A stretch of 64,000 nt of DNA, taken from assembly GCF_018977255.1 (NCBI RefSeq), contig NW_024704743.1, forward strand, positions 102,798,001 through 102,862,000, given 5' to 3'. Shown piece by piece: positions 27,581-40,680 of the stretch. The stretch is from Callorhinchus milii. Taxonomy: Eukaryota. The notes beneath the pieces are model-generated. The model searched no databases and was not told the DNA's origin. It worked only from the letters and a program-made list of their open reading frames with translations. The position numbers and the translations under genes were made by a program. Each line of letters opens with the position of its first letter. Position 1 is the stretch's first letter.

Positions 27581-28105
27581 CCCAGTATTAAAGGAATTAA
27601 TATTTTGAGCTATGTAGGATTATTCAGTAGTTGTAGATAAGAGTTAGATTGTTGTTAGACATAGCATCAGATCCAATGAGACTGAAAATAATTGATTCAA
27701 ATATTTGTTTTTTTCATTCACTAAAACCTTATCGCCCTAGACATTGAATGTTACTAAAGTCGTTGGTTAAAATCCAAATCACCAGAGCATATAATATCAC
27801 AAAATCAGTTCAGATGAAGAAGTCCTTCAACTCATTTTATCTCAACCTTCCAGAATAGCCATCCTCTCATCAAGTGATTTTTTAAAAATAAATGGGTCCA
27901 GCTTCCTGGCCTCACCTTCCTGAAAATGGTGGTTTTGCTCTCTTGGAAAAAATGCTTCCTGATGTCTGTCCTGAAATTGCCCTTTACAACTCTAAAATTG
28001 TGCCCTCTTGTTCTGCTGTCTGAGTGTTTCTGAAAGTATTATTCTGAGATGACTCGCAATTCCACTAAAATCCTATATATCCCTATAAGATCCACTTTGA
28101 GACAT

Positions 28106-29152
28106 TGTTAGAAAATAAAATCAGCCAAATCTGTAAGGAAATAACGTTAATTCCTTAAACCAGATATCAGACTGTTTTATTATTATTCGTTCGTTATTCC
28201 CCAATATCTTGATAGGTCAGACCAAAGGCCAGTACAATCAACAGATCTTATAACAGAATAACACCACTATAGATATCTCGAGTTCAAGAGTTCAACACTG
28301 TGTCTTTACAGCACACAAGCTTGATTCTTCATGCTTTCAGTCTTCTTGCTTACAGCTTTCAATCTTCCATCTGATATCCTCAGTCTTAGTGTTTCCAGCT
28401 CTCAGTCTTCCATTTCCGTACCCTTGTCTCCGCAGCCCAGGATGGCCCCATCTCCCATATCCTTGTCTCCGCGACCCGGGACGGCCCCATCTCCCGTATC
28501 CTTGTTTCCATGACCCGGGACGGCCCCGTACACAAAGTTATTGGAACTCTTATACTAATGTTCATCCAATCATGGTGCGGACATTAGATCACCCGGTCGA
28601 AATCACGCTGGGTGTACGTGAGTGCCTCATGGGGTGTACGTGCCTCACACACATACAAATTGTCCTTAAGACCCCTGTTATTTTATCTAATTGTCTAAGA
28701 TAGAGGATTGATCAGTTTAGGACTGTACCTGGTGCTCATTATTTTGTGGTGTGGGATCATTAGTACATTCCTTTTAAGTGACTGGTTATTTTTTATCAGT
28801 ATCCCGGGATGGTACCAGGGTCCTCTAGTTTAAGCAACATGCTCATTAGTTGCTATTCTTGAGGGTTGCCTTCTGTTGCTTGGCAGGCCCTGTCAGAATC
28901 TAGTGACTTATTGCTAAGTCAAGATCCTGCGTCGACCGGTACCTTGGACCGTTACCTCTGTGGCTTGTTGTCATTTACTGATAAGAGGTGACCCCCTGCC
29001 CCTGTCCGTTATTCTTTCAAAAACAGAGAAAACCAGATGTGTCCTATCCCATGACTGTCAGTCCAGTTGTCCTCCACACTTAACTTAAAAGTTAACCCAT
29101 TCACAACATCTATTATGATTCTAGCAGTATACAAAAAGTGTATATTCTAACA
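28106..29152 (-). mobile_element. Solo LTR (1047 bp) of an LTR retroelement/ERV
   Basis: Termini TGTTAGAA...TTCTAACA (8-bp inverted, TG..CA) flanked by a perfect 4-bp TSD ACAT (28102-28105, 29153-29156). Minus-strand TATAAG (28549-28554) and AATAAA (28176-28181) set the orientation. Confidence 0.82.
28410..28527. repeat. 39-bp tandem repeat x3 inside the solo LTR
   Basis: Unit CCCCATCTCCCRTATCCTTGTYTCCRYGACCCGGGACGG. Confidence 0.85.
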
Positions 29153-30092
29153 ACATCTGCTTTCAAACAACTGAAGAACCATAACTTCTCCAGGAATTGC
29201 TTACAGTTTGTTCCTCTTATACTGGAGATGTTCCTTATTGCTCTCATGGATATTATCTTCCCCCCCACCAGTTAACCAACACAAGACCCCTTTCCTCATG
29301 CGGGGACTACTCATGTAGTCATATAGCCCACAAACTGCAAGTTGGACATTCCTGTTCTAGGACATCAGGTTGCTGCTGTTTCCACTTTTGTCACAAAGTG
29401 CTGTTGATGTCAATGGTGTTTCCTGTGCATGTGCAGAACACAGGAAGTGGCATCAATGGGAACCTGGAAGCCATCTTCTTAACACAGGAAGTATCAGAAA
29501 ACAAATTCATCACACTTCAGGTTAGCGCACGTTCGCATTAGACTGCCACACTTTAAGTCGAATGCAAACATGTGCTAACCTAAAGTGTTCCATCACACTT
29601 CAAAAAGCTATATAACAGAGTTTGTTTGTAGCTTGGCTGCAAAAGGTGATAGACCAGTGACCCAATTATACTTCTTGGTGAAGTTGATTCTTGCTAAAGT
29701 GTGGCCAAGATTTGAGCCCTACTTTGGAAATATGAGCTCATAGTCTAAGTTGACATTCCAATACAGTGCTGGAGGAGCACTACATTGTTGGAGGTGCACT
29801 CCTATGGATGAGATATTAAACTGTTTAGGTTATCATTGAAGATCCTATTGGTAATATTTGAAAAGTGAGTTTCTCTCTGTGTTCAGGCTAACAATTCCCC
29901 AGATAAAATTACACATTCATGGCTGAAAGACGAAATGTAAAATAACCACACAAAGGCAATTTATTCTTCAATTGTTACTCATTATAAATAATATAAGTGT
30001 CATTAAAACACGACAGGGTCTTTTGTTTTTAACAAAATGATTAAAAGGCAGATTATTGTTAGAATACCACATCAGATGGTAAATAGATGTGA

Positions 30093-31000
30093 GGTGTCAG
30101 ACTGGCTCAGTTGCTAGTACTCTCAATTCTGAGTTCGGAGGTTGCGAGTTGAAGCCCTACTTTGGGACTTTGAACTCATACTCTATATTGACACTCCAAT
30201 AGAGTGCTGGGGGTGAGAGCTGCATTTTTGGAAGTGCTGTCCTTTGGATAAGATATTAAACTGAGATCGAGTCTGCCTGTTTAGATGATCATTTAAGATC
30301 CCATTTGCACTATTTGAAAAGAGAAGGGAGTTTCTCTCGATGTCCTGGCCAACAAGTTCCTAGAGGAAACTGGTCATTCATAGCTACTGACTCACACTGC
30401 AGGCCGCCAAAACCCTCATACACACATTCGTAACATCCAGGCTTGACTATGCAAACTCTCTGCTTGTCAGACTCCCCAACTCCTCCCTCCATAGGCTGCA
30501 GATCATCCAGAACTCTGCAGCCCGTGTTCTCTCCCGCACCAGGCTCAATGAACCTATCACCCCCATCCTTGCACGAATACACTGCCTTCCCATCACACAG
30601 AAGATACAGATGAAGATCCTGGTCCTCACCTTCAAAGCCCTCCATGGCCTTGCTCCTCTGCTACTCTGTCCCCACCCTCTGGAACTTCATGCCGCAGTCC
30701 CTCTGCCTTGCCCCTCCCTTGCCTCCTTCAAGACTCATCTCAAGACCCTCCTCTTCGACCGTGCCTTTGATCACCCTCCTTCCCCACCTGCCCTCCACCC
30801 TCCCCGATCCCGACTCCCAGCTTGGGTGCGAAACACTGACTGTCCAGCACCTTGAGACATCCTCCCGACATGAAAGGTGCTATACAAATGTAATTTTGCT
30901 GTTCTTGTGTGCAAATTGGCTGATGTGTTTGTCTACAAAATACCCAGTCACTACACTTTCCAGTAAATCCTGTGAAGTGTTTTATAGACATCTTCCTTTC
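30093..31000 (+). mobile_element. Older Deu SINE split by an L2 3' fragment (~30390-30903)
   Basis: The SINE head/body (30093-30390) resumes at the Deu core (TGTGTGCAAATTGGCTG) straight after the L2 tail. Confidence 0.78.
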
Positions 31001-31529
31001 AAGGAGCTGTAAGTACATAAATTATTAAACAATATTATTAGTGGAGTCCTGTAGCTTAGTGTTTGGAGCACTCGCCTCGCCTCGAGAGGACCTGGGTTCA
31101 ACTCCTGAGCAGTGTGAAACATTGTGCAAGTTTCCTTACTTCACACACATTTGTTTATAGAGAATAGAGAGTAAAGGTACCTCTAAGGTACATACTCTGA
31201 AGGCTGAAATTTCAGTTAAACATTGCGTAAACCATTTTGCCTCGAAATGTAAGCTCATACAGAATTGAGGAGAATCTGAAGATTCTTAAAAGTAACCAGT
31301 TTGCTACTTTATAAATTTTTCACAATGCTGCATGGACTTTAATTTTAAGATAAAATGGTATTACTTGTTAAGACTGGCTGGAATTTCAGACCTCCAAGTG
31401 CTTCTTTAGTCTGCATTTCCGAAACTCACCAGCTAACACTCCAAATAAAATGGAGTTACTGAATCCACAACGGTTTGTGGGACGATGCTGTGCGTAATTG
31501 GCTGCCTTGTTTCGCCCACAATATAATAA

Positions 31530-31742
31530 ATGATAATAATAATTCTTGCATTTGACATAGCGGATGATCACATCTTCGATACGTCTCATATCGCTTCACA
31601 GAATATATTGTAAAGTCAATTGACTGTATATTTTGTCGGCGAAACGCGGCAGCAAATTGCGGACAGTAGTATCCCACAAACAATTGTGGATTAAAGTGAC
31701 CAATTTATCATTATTATTATTTTGGCGGAATTATTACCCCCT
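31530..31742 (-). mobile_element. tRNA(Ala) Deu SINE, 3' half
   Basis: Tail and Deu core on the minus strand, abutting a plus-strand core fragment at 31461-31522. Confidence 0.8.
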
Positions 31743-31922
31743 TTAATTATATCACTGTAACATTGAAGTCCAGTCTCAGCATCTCTCCCTTCCCCCCACC
31801 ACCCCCCCAACCTGATCAATTCTCTCTTTGGTGATGGGATTACAGGTCTGATTGCTCCCTCCACCCCCTCAAAGTTTTCTCCTGCATGTATGTTTTCTGT
31901 CTGGGTTTCTCTGTTCCCACAT

Positions 31923-32572
31923 ACAACAACAAATTACACTTGTATAGGTCCTACACGTCGGAAAGATCTGAACTGGGAGTTGGGGTCAGGAGAGTTGGAG
32001 CGCAGGGAGATTCAGGGTGGGAGGGTGACCAAAGTAGCTCAGTGGTTAGAGCACTCGCCTTGCAAGCGAGACACCTGGGTTCAATTCCAGGCAGGGCAAA
32101 ACCTTGGGAATGTTTCCTTACTCCACACGCCTAATAATAATCCCTCCAAAAAAACAAAAACAATAATAAATTGGTCATTTTCAATCCACGACTGTTTGTG
32201 GGACACTGCTGTGCGCAATTGGCTGTTGCGTTTCGCACACAAATATACAGTTAATTCACTTTACAGTATATTGTGTGAAGCGCTTTGAGACGTCTAGAAG
32301 ACATGAAAAGCGCTATGTGAAATGCAAGGATTATTATTGTTATTATTATTATTATAAAGGTACGATCGAAGAGGAAGGTCTTCAGATGGGACTTGAAGGA
32401 GGCAAGAGAGGTGTTGAGGCAGAGGGATTGCAGGATAAAGTTCTAAGAGTGGGGACAGAAATGTTGAATGCCGGACTGCCAATGGTGGAGGGGGAAGTGC
32501 GGGGGACCTGAAACAGAGGCCAGTGTTCACCAAGAGGAGGGAGCAAACAGGCTGATATGGGATTAGGAGATC
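31923..32572 (-). mobile_element. L2 3' fragment interrupted by a SINE
   Basis: GGGTGACCAAAG|[SINE]|GTACGATCGAAGAGG rejoins to the sequence seen intact at 34681-34710. Confidence 0.8.
32035..32355 (+). mobile_element. tRNA(Ala) Deu SINE, short subfamily, nested in L2
   Basis: Intact A/B boxes and CTCGCCTTGCAAGCGAG arm; TSD AAAG (32031-32034, 32356-32359). Confidence 0.9.
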
Positions 32573-32700
32573 ATTATATTATACAGTATATAATCCTGTC
32601 ACTCTAGCCTAAGTCTCTCCCTGTTTAGCAATCAATTCACTTTACAGTATATTCAGTGAAGCACTTTGAGACAACACAACAGTGTGATAAGGAGCTATGT

Positions 32701-33077
32701 GGAGTCCTATAGCCTAGTAGTTAGAGCTCTCGCCTTGCAAGCGAGAGACCTGGGTTCTATTCTCGGCAGGGCAAAATGTTGTGCAAATTTCCTTACTCCA
32801 CACACCTCTGTTTACCTAGCAGTAAGTAGGAACCTGGTTGTTAGTTGATTGGCGGTTTGCTTTTCTGGGGATAATAATCCTTCAAGAAAAACAATAATAA
32901 TTTTGTCACTGAATCTACGACTGTTTCTGAGACACTGCTGAGCGCAACTGGCTTCCGTGTTTCGCCCACAAAATACAGTCAATTCACGTTACAGAATATT
33001 CTGTGAAGCGCTTTGAGACGTTCAGAATACGTGAAAAGCGCTATATCAAATGCAAGGATTATAATTATTATTATTAT
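32701..33077 (+). mobile_element. tRNA(Ala) Deu SINE, long subfamily, nested in another SINE tail
   Basis: Full head to (ATT)n; flanked by TATGT repeats; host tail at 32630-32700 and 33080-33105. Confidence 0.9.
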
Positions 33078-34539
33078 GTCAAATGCAAGATTATTAGTAT
33101 TATTAACACTGACTGAGATTGCCGACTCCGTTCCAATTTCCTTCACAGTGCATGCATTTTTGAGCTGTGGATTTTATGCCCAACTATGAAATAAAATGCA
33201 AATGTAAAAATATATTTTGAGTAGCACTCTTACAACCAACAGAGTGAAAAGTCTTTCATCCCATCAGCCTGGCTGGAATCCAGGAATACAAGGATAATTT
33301 TCCTACTCGTTGCACTGCCAAGCTTCCTCCTGGGAGAATTTTTAAAACATGTCAAACAAGTGAAGTACTTGTGAAAAGAAGCTTAAAAGCAAGTTGTGAA
33401 TACAACGATTCAGTCTTCTGTGTGAATAATAAACCACAACATGGCCCAGGAACTTGTAAGTAGAAACATTTCAAATTAAACCCATATCTGGGAATAGGAA
33501 CTTATCAGTCTATTAAATACTGTTTTATGTCTGAGGAGATACTGGCAGAACTTTCTCTTCTCTAATGCCACAACCTGTTTCGATTTTAGAACTATATTAT
33601 AGTTTGGGTTAGATCCATGAAACTCTAACTCGCATTACAGTGAAGCACGATAGCAGGTTATGGCAAGGTGTGATAGCAATGGCATCTGAGGGTTAATGGC
33701 TGATTCACCACTGTGGGAATTCTCTGGCTTCCAGTTGCTGCCCCTCGTCCTCTAACACAACCTCCTATTGACAACGATGTTGCCAGCAACTCAGCAAAGA
33801 ACCAAAGGCATCAGCATCTAAAAAGAGTTCCAGCATCACTGTTGTATGGCTGCCAGCAAAAGCGCCTGTGACATAATGAGTGGTTTTACCCAGACAATCC
33901 TCAGTATAGCTTCAACTCATCAACAAAATCTCCTTTTCCTGCTGTAAAATAAATATGCAATTATAAAATAATAATAATAAATATTATTATTAAAAATAAT
34001 AATTATAAAATCACTTGAACAAAGGAGGAATAGAGAGAAGACAAGCAAAATACACAAATTATGGTGATTGATTGATATATTACACCGATGTGGGGCAACG
34101 AGCAGGAAGAGAACGGAATAGGAACAGTACGTTGCAGGAGATAACAGAGGTAGGGTACGCAAAAACCAGGAAGATATTTGACATGTATAGAGATGTAGGA
34201 AGTATGTTCTATGAGGAACAAGGTAAATGTTGGAAGCTTATAGAACTGTATAAGATACTAAGTTTGATAGAGACTAATGTAGGGCATTATTAAAGGTGTT
34301 TGATAGAGAAAATAAACCCAGAAAAATATGTTCAGATAGCTCAGCAATTGGACAAAAGGTTAAAGTTGTGATTTTAGACCACATATCAGATATTTATTCA
34401 TGAAGAAGTAACCAACATCTGAAACAGATTTGCACTAATTAGATTTCCAGAATTTGCAGTATTTTGCTCTTTGCACAAATGAGTCCTGACCTATACCTCT
34501 GGTAGAGATCAGAACACATTTAAGAAACAGCTTTAATTG

Positions 34540-34885
34540 GAACAACAGCAAAAAACAAAATTACATTTATAGAGCGCCTTCCACGTCGGGAGGATGTCCC
34601 AAAGCGCTGAACAGTCAGGGGTCAGGACCCGAGCATGAGGGAGGGTGGGGTAGGGGTGAGGGAAGGCAGAACGATGGGAGGGTGACCAAAGGCACGATCG
34701 AAGAGGAGGGTCTTGAGACTGGCCTTGAAGGAGGCAAGGGAGGAAGCGAGGTGAAAGGACTGTGGGATGGAATTCCATAGTGTGGGGGCAGAGAGGCTGA
34801 AAGCCTGGCAACCGATGGTAGGGCGGGAGACATGGAGTAGGCCGGAGCCCGCTGAACGGAGGGAGCGGGCAGGTTGGCAGGGAGT
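34540..34885 (-). mobile_element. L2 3' fragment
   Basis: RSAGSGLLHV..AFSLSAPTLWNSIP..FKASLKTLLFD plus tail. Confidence 0.88.
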
Positions 34886-35367
34886 ATCCAAGAGTATCCA
34901 AACCAAACTGAGAATTCCGTGCATTCCTCCTACACGTGGAAATTCCTATGTATTGAAATTGAATGTGCTCTCCCTGAAAGGACCCATCCTTATTTGCCTA
35001 ATTCTGGAGAGTACCACAAACAATAGAGGATCCGGAGTGCCAAGCAAACACTACTTTTGGAATGTACAGTAATTATACTTTGAAACCTTATACAATACAA
35101 TGACCCAACAATTTTAAATTTCATGGAGTAAATTGCTGGATTTGTTTGAACGAAATAACCTAAAGAAATCTCCAGTGGCTACATTGTTGGGTAGTCTGCA
35201 GGTATAATTACATGAATCAATACTGCCTACATTTTATGCCCATTGTTACTTGCGCAACAAATTCTTAACCGGTCAGTGTATGTGAGATAGCAGTGGGGAA
35301 TAAAGTTTCTCAACTGTACATAATTGTACAATTGAGGAAACTTATTACCTTATAGTATTCAGTTGTA

Positions 35368-35732
35368 TTGTAGCTCAGTGGTTACAGCACACCCCTTACA
35401 AGCGAGAGACCTAGGTTTGATCCCCAGCAGGACAAAATGTTGGGTAAGTTTTCTTACTCCACGTGCCTCTATTTACCTAGCAGTAAGTAGGAACCTGGTT
35501 GTTAGTCGATTGGTGGATCGCTTTCAGGGCTAATAAGTCCTTCAAAAAAATAATTTAAAAATTGGTCACTCAATCCATGACTGTTTGTGGGACACTGTTG
35601 TGCACAATTGGCTGCCAAATTTTGCCCACAAACTGTACAGTCAATTCACTTAAGTATATTCTGTGAAGACCTTTAAGATGTCTCGAAGATGTGATAAGCC
35701 AGTATATGAAATGCAAGGATTATTGTTATTAT
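35368..35732 (+). mobile_element. tRNA(Ala) Deu SINE, long subfamily
   Basis: TGTAGCTCAGTGGTTA head, long insert, core and tail. Confidence 0.85.
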
Positions 35733-38360
35733 AAAGGGAGCATAACCTGCAAAGTTTGTCAAACCAGTTCAAAGTCTACTAGTTCCTATTTCGGAAGCAG
35801 CACTGCAAATGTCAAGTTGCATACAAATAAAAATAAGTGCCTGATGTGGACGGTCAAGGTAAGCTCTTAGGCAAGATCTTATATTGGCAACTGATGAGAT
35901 CAATTCTGTGCATAAGGTGGATACAAACTCTGACATCCTTTAGTTTTGCATTGCCTTCAGTTATTTTTCTGGAACTGAAGCATATCAAGTAATCTAAAAT
36001 ATTTTGGCTTGGTATTATACCTTCATTGGCAAGCAGAAAGGTTAGCTACAAATTTCTAACTGATGCAAGCACATAGACTGACTGGTTAAGAATTTGTTGT
36101 ATACGTAACAATGGGATGTGTGTCTAACCTTTGAGCAGGAGAATGATGGCAGTACTCAGACATTTTATGCTCAATTACATTGTTCACTATGAGAATTGTA
36201 AGTAGCTCCTTGTACCTGCTATAGATGTGTGGAACTCTTAATCTGGTTTGGATACTCTTAAGCATGGGGATTTTTTTTCGTATGATATCCAACTGACCAT
36301 TAAAAACATATCCTTAAGCAACTACATATTTCAACAGCTGTTGGACAGGGAAGTTCTCGGTTTAAATCTTGATAGGAATATTTGCATTTGATATAGTACC
36401 TGATTACATTCTCAAAAGTGCTTCACAGGATTTTTCTGTGAAGCGTTGCGACTGTGTATCTGCAGACAATAGTACATTTAGCCCTTAACAATACACTTTA
36501 CCTTTATAAAGCATCTAACATGCTGGGAGGACTTGACATTGCTGGGCAGATACACAAGCAGGTTCTGAAAGCCAATTGGAATGAAAAGCAGATTGATGAC
36601 CTTGTTTGATCCATGAAATGAGAACCATGTCTAAAAAGTGACTTTCTGGCAGGATGTAATGTAAAGTCTCCCTGGGAATCAGGACGAGATCAGCAAATTT
36701 GTGAGTTCAATGGTTGGACAAGCTGTCTCGCCAATTAATGAGACTTGGTGGTGCAGCCATGTCTTCAAACAAATCAGCCAAAAACCAGAGGAAGTCCTTA
36801 ACCGTATAAGTAACAAGGAATTTATCAGTCCTTCATCCAACTAAGCCATGCGATTTCCCACATTTGCACATTACAGTATATAAATGTGACAAGTCACAAT
36901 TTATTTAGTTTCACAATTAATTTAATTCTGCAGTTCAGCAAAACAGATTGAAATGAGCTATTTAAGGCCGCTATACAAATGTAATTTTGTTGTTATTGTT
37001 AAATTCTTTTTCTGATTTTGAAATCATTTATATCTTGCACTGTATTTTATATCTATTGTAATATATATATATATAACTGTATAAGATGCACAGAACATTT
37101 TTTTCATAATTTAGATGAATATTAATATTTCCTTGCATGTGATGTAATATCTTTCATAGCAGGAGGATGTCTCAAAACTCTTCAAGGGATTTACGGTAAA
37201 ATGCAATAATTGTGTTTTGCAGATAAACATAGGAACCAATTTGCACACAACCATATCTCACAAACAATCTCATAGGCGATGAACAACTTTTTATTTGGGG
37301 ACTGGGACCCTGGGAGAAATTCCCTGTTTTTTTCGATTAGCACCATAAGATCCTTAAGTCCATCTTACAAAATGTCAGATGGGTTCTAAGTTGAATGTCT
37401 CCACTGAAAGGACAGCACTTTCAACAAAACGATATAACCCCAATACTGTATTGGAGTACCAGCATCGACTGTGAGTTCCAAGTCCTTACATGGGCTTGAA
37501 CTCACAACCTTTTACTCAGAGGCGAGAGAGTGCTTGCAACTGAGCAAGGTTGACAGGTGTCAGCCTGCACAAAGAAAGCATCCAGTGATTATGTCAGTAG
37601 TAGACATCATTACTACTCGGGGTTACTTAACAAAATGAAATAGCAATGAAATGAGACAGATCAGAGTTACATGAGAGGACTCACTTGTCTGTAATGTCCT
37701 CAGTGACTTTTCCAGAGTCTTACATTCTAAAAGTTGTATGATAATGGGTAGTATCAAATGGACATGACTAAATTAATTAAACCATCGTGTTATTTGAGAA
37801 AAATCACAGGAATAGGTTGTGTGGAGGACCTGCCTTTCCCATCAGTAGAGCAAATAGACTTAATCTTAAATGACTTAATGTTAGACATGCTAATCAATCC
37901 ATTTGTCATAGGCTATTATTTGCCCGTTAGCAAATGTGTTGATATTTGGTAGTACAATCATAAAATGGGGTAATATAACTGTTTACCACCACATGTTAGT
38001 AAGTTTATGGCTGGCTTAACAGCTCCTACTATAGTGTATTTGTGTTTATTCCTCAGGGTGATAGATTAAAGACTCTCAGAAATCACTGTAAGACTAAATA
38101 ATAATAATAATAATCCATGCATTTGATATAGTGCTATATCACATAACTAAAACATCTCAAAGTGCTTCACAGAATTTTTATTGTGAGTTGACTGAATTTG
38201 TTGGCAAGTATGCCATCTTTTATTACGCACACAACTCCAGGTGACTTGATCAACTTAGTCTACATGCACAATACTGCCTAGCGTAATGACAATGCTGATT
38301 TAATTGCAACAAAACATCAGCAGTGAGTTGTTTTAAAAAACAAAGAGACAAGCACAATTA

Positions 38361-38519
<159 letters not shown>

Positions 38520-39399
38520 TTAATTTGCACAAACTCTGTTAGAAATTCAACTATGTATGAATATGTGAACAAACCTCCAAGCCTCCAAATCCCTTTCCCA
38601 TTCTCCTCTATTCACTTGTAGGTTCAAGCCCCATGTCGGGGCATAGTCTAGACGGACATTGCTGCATTGCCAGAATGGCAATTGGATGAAATTGTCCAGC
38701 CAATAATATAGCACCATCAAGTTGTTAATGTCACCAAAGACCAAATCAGTGAAGAATTAGGTTTTCCTCACTCCCAGCGTATTGTTCAATCTATCTGTTC
38801 ATACCCTGAATTCCTGTGATGTCTAAGGGGGAGGAGTAAACTGGTTTTGAATCCAACATTAAGAGGGAGGTGAATTAATATTGGCAGAGATACAATCATT
38901 ATCACAGGTCGCTTCAGTGCTCATGTCATTCTGTCTGCATATTGCAATTCATTTCCCACTCAGCTAATTTTTTATTTTATAACATTTTAAAGGTGGTATG
39001 AGTCAGTGATCCAAGAGATAACTGAAGTCACTGTCACCTTTATGTATTAATACACAGAAGAACTATGTGATGATTCAAAGCAATGTGAAAAACAAATGTA
39101 GCCATGAATATACTTTTGGAAATTAAACCACAGGGGCTAGTTCCAATTAAAATGAAAGTTTTTATTCACAGTGGCCGCTTATTACATCATCTGGGGAACT
39201 GGCTTGCAAGAGTTATTGAGTTTGACACTCTGAGCAAACAGAATTAACAGTTAAAGCAGTCAAAATTATATGATTAATAAAGCACCCTGAGAACTGAGGT
39301 TAATTCAGTTCTCAAAAGTGATTAAACTCAATATATTCTTCAAATTGATTTCTGATGATGTCTCACTCATTAATTAAGCAAAATTTTTTTTACATATAT

Positions 39400-39840
39400 T
39401 AATAATGATTCCTGCATTTTATTTAACACCTTATCATGTCATCGGATCATCTCTAAGTGCTTCACAGGATATACTGTTTAGTGTAGTGACTATGTATTTG
39501 TAGGTGAGTGTGGTAGTCACTTTGTGCAAAGGAGTTTCACAAGCAGCCATGAAGTGAATGACCAATTTCATCTGGGGGAATTGTTGAGCAGGCCAGGAGA
39601 AATTTCATTCTCTTTTTGAATAGTGCCATGGGATCTTTAACAACCACCTGAACAGGTAGATGGGATCTTGACTTAATTTCTCATCCAGAGAATGGCACCT
39701 CCAACAATTTAACACTCCCCAAACACCTTGTTGGAGGGTCATCCTGGACTGTGAGTTCAAAATCCAAAAACATGGGGCTTAAACCCACAATCTTTTCACT
39801 CAGAAGCAGGTGTGCTACCAACTGAGCCAGGCTGGCGTCT
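39400..39840 (-). mobile_element. Older Deu SINE, near full length
   Basis: Reverse complement starts ...CAGCCTGGCTCAGTTGGTAGCACAC; colinear with 10766-11172 and 37130-37557. Confidence 0.72.
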
Positions 39841-40337
39841 GAAATAGTAGCAAAAAAACCACACAAGCTTCTTCATCATTCTACTAAATATTATGAAGAA
39901 ATGCTCACCGTTGTTTTCTAAAACAACTATTTTTCTCTGTCTATTTTCTCTCACTCGCTTGTTTGCCTTCAGGCGAAAAATGATATATGTGATATAATAA
40001 TTATCATCATTGATCATTTTCACACCATAGGACATCAGAGTTGAATATATTTAGCATTTTTTGACCTAACACTCCATTGCTGGGAAATAGAAGCATCTTT
40101 TGGAGGACATATTTTAACTAATATTCTCTACGTCATGGGAATTTCCAGGAGCAGAATGGCCCATGATGTGATATCACATTGGTTCTTTCCTGGAGTAATG
40201 TTTCACAGTAATCAATGACAACTTACCCCAAAAAATAATCATTGTATAATATGTAAAACATTAATGTCCCAAATGTCTTATTTTCTAGTCTTAAAACATA
40301 AATAATGTAGGTTGATTATTATACGCTGATCTGTAGT

Positions 40338-40680
40338 CAACAACAACAACAAGATTCCATTTATAGAGCGCCTTTCACATCGGGAGGACGTCCCAAGGCG
40401 CTGGACAGTTATGGAGGACCCGAGAAGGGGGGAAATGGTTAGGGTGAGGGGAGGGAAGGGAGGGAGCGAGGAGGGGGTAGAGAGTTGAGGGGGGAGCTGA
40501 AAGCACGGTCAAAGAGAAAGATCTTGAGACCGACCTTGAAGGAGGAAAGGGAGGAAGCAAGGCGAAGGCACTGGGGGATGGAGTTCCAGAACCTGGGGGC
40601 TGAGAAGTTGAAGGCCCGGCCACCGATGGTAGGACGGTTGGGGCGGGGGATGTGGAGCAGACCGGAGCCAGAGGAATGGA
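40338..40680 (-). mobile_element. Young L2 3' fragment
   Basis: Highly similar to 55890-56335; candidate TSD AGTCA (40335-40339, 40680-40684). Confidence 0.9.

Noticed and set aside
28410..28527. Repeat units of CRISPR-like length (also 56095-56239)
   Set aside because: Head-to-tail tandem units with no unique spacers, no cas genes, and a vertebrate intron context.
32035..32105. tRNA-Ala(TGC)-like sequence (also at other SINE heads)
   Set aside because: No proper acceptor stem; it continues directly into the SINE body and tail, so it is a SINE head and not a tRNA gene.
33920..34420. ORFs of 72-80 aa on both strands
   Set aside because: AT-rich low complexity plus a highly decayed CR1-like C-terminal remnant (LIELYKIL).
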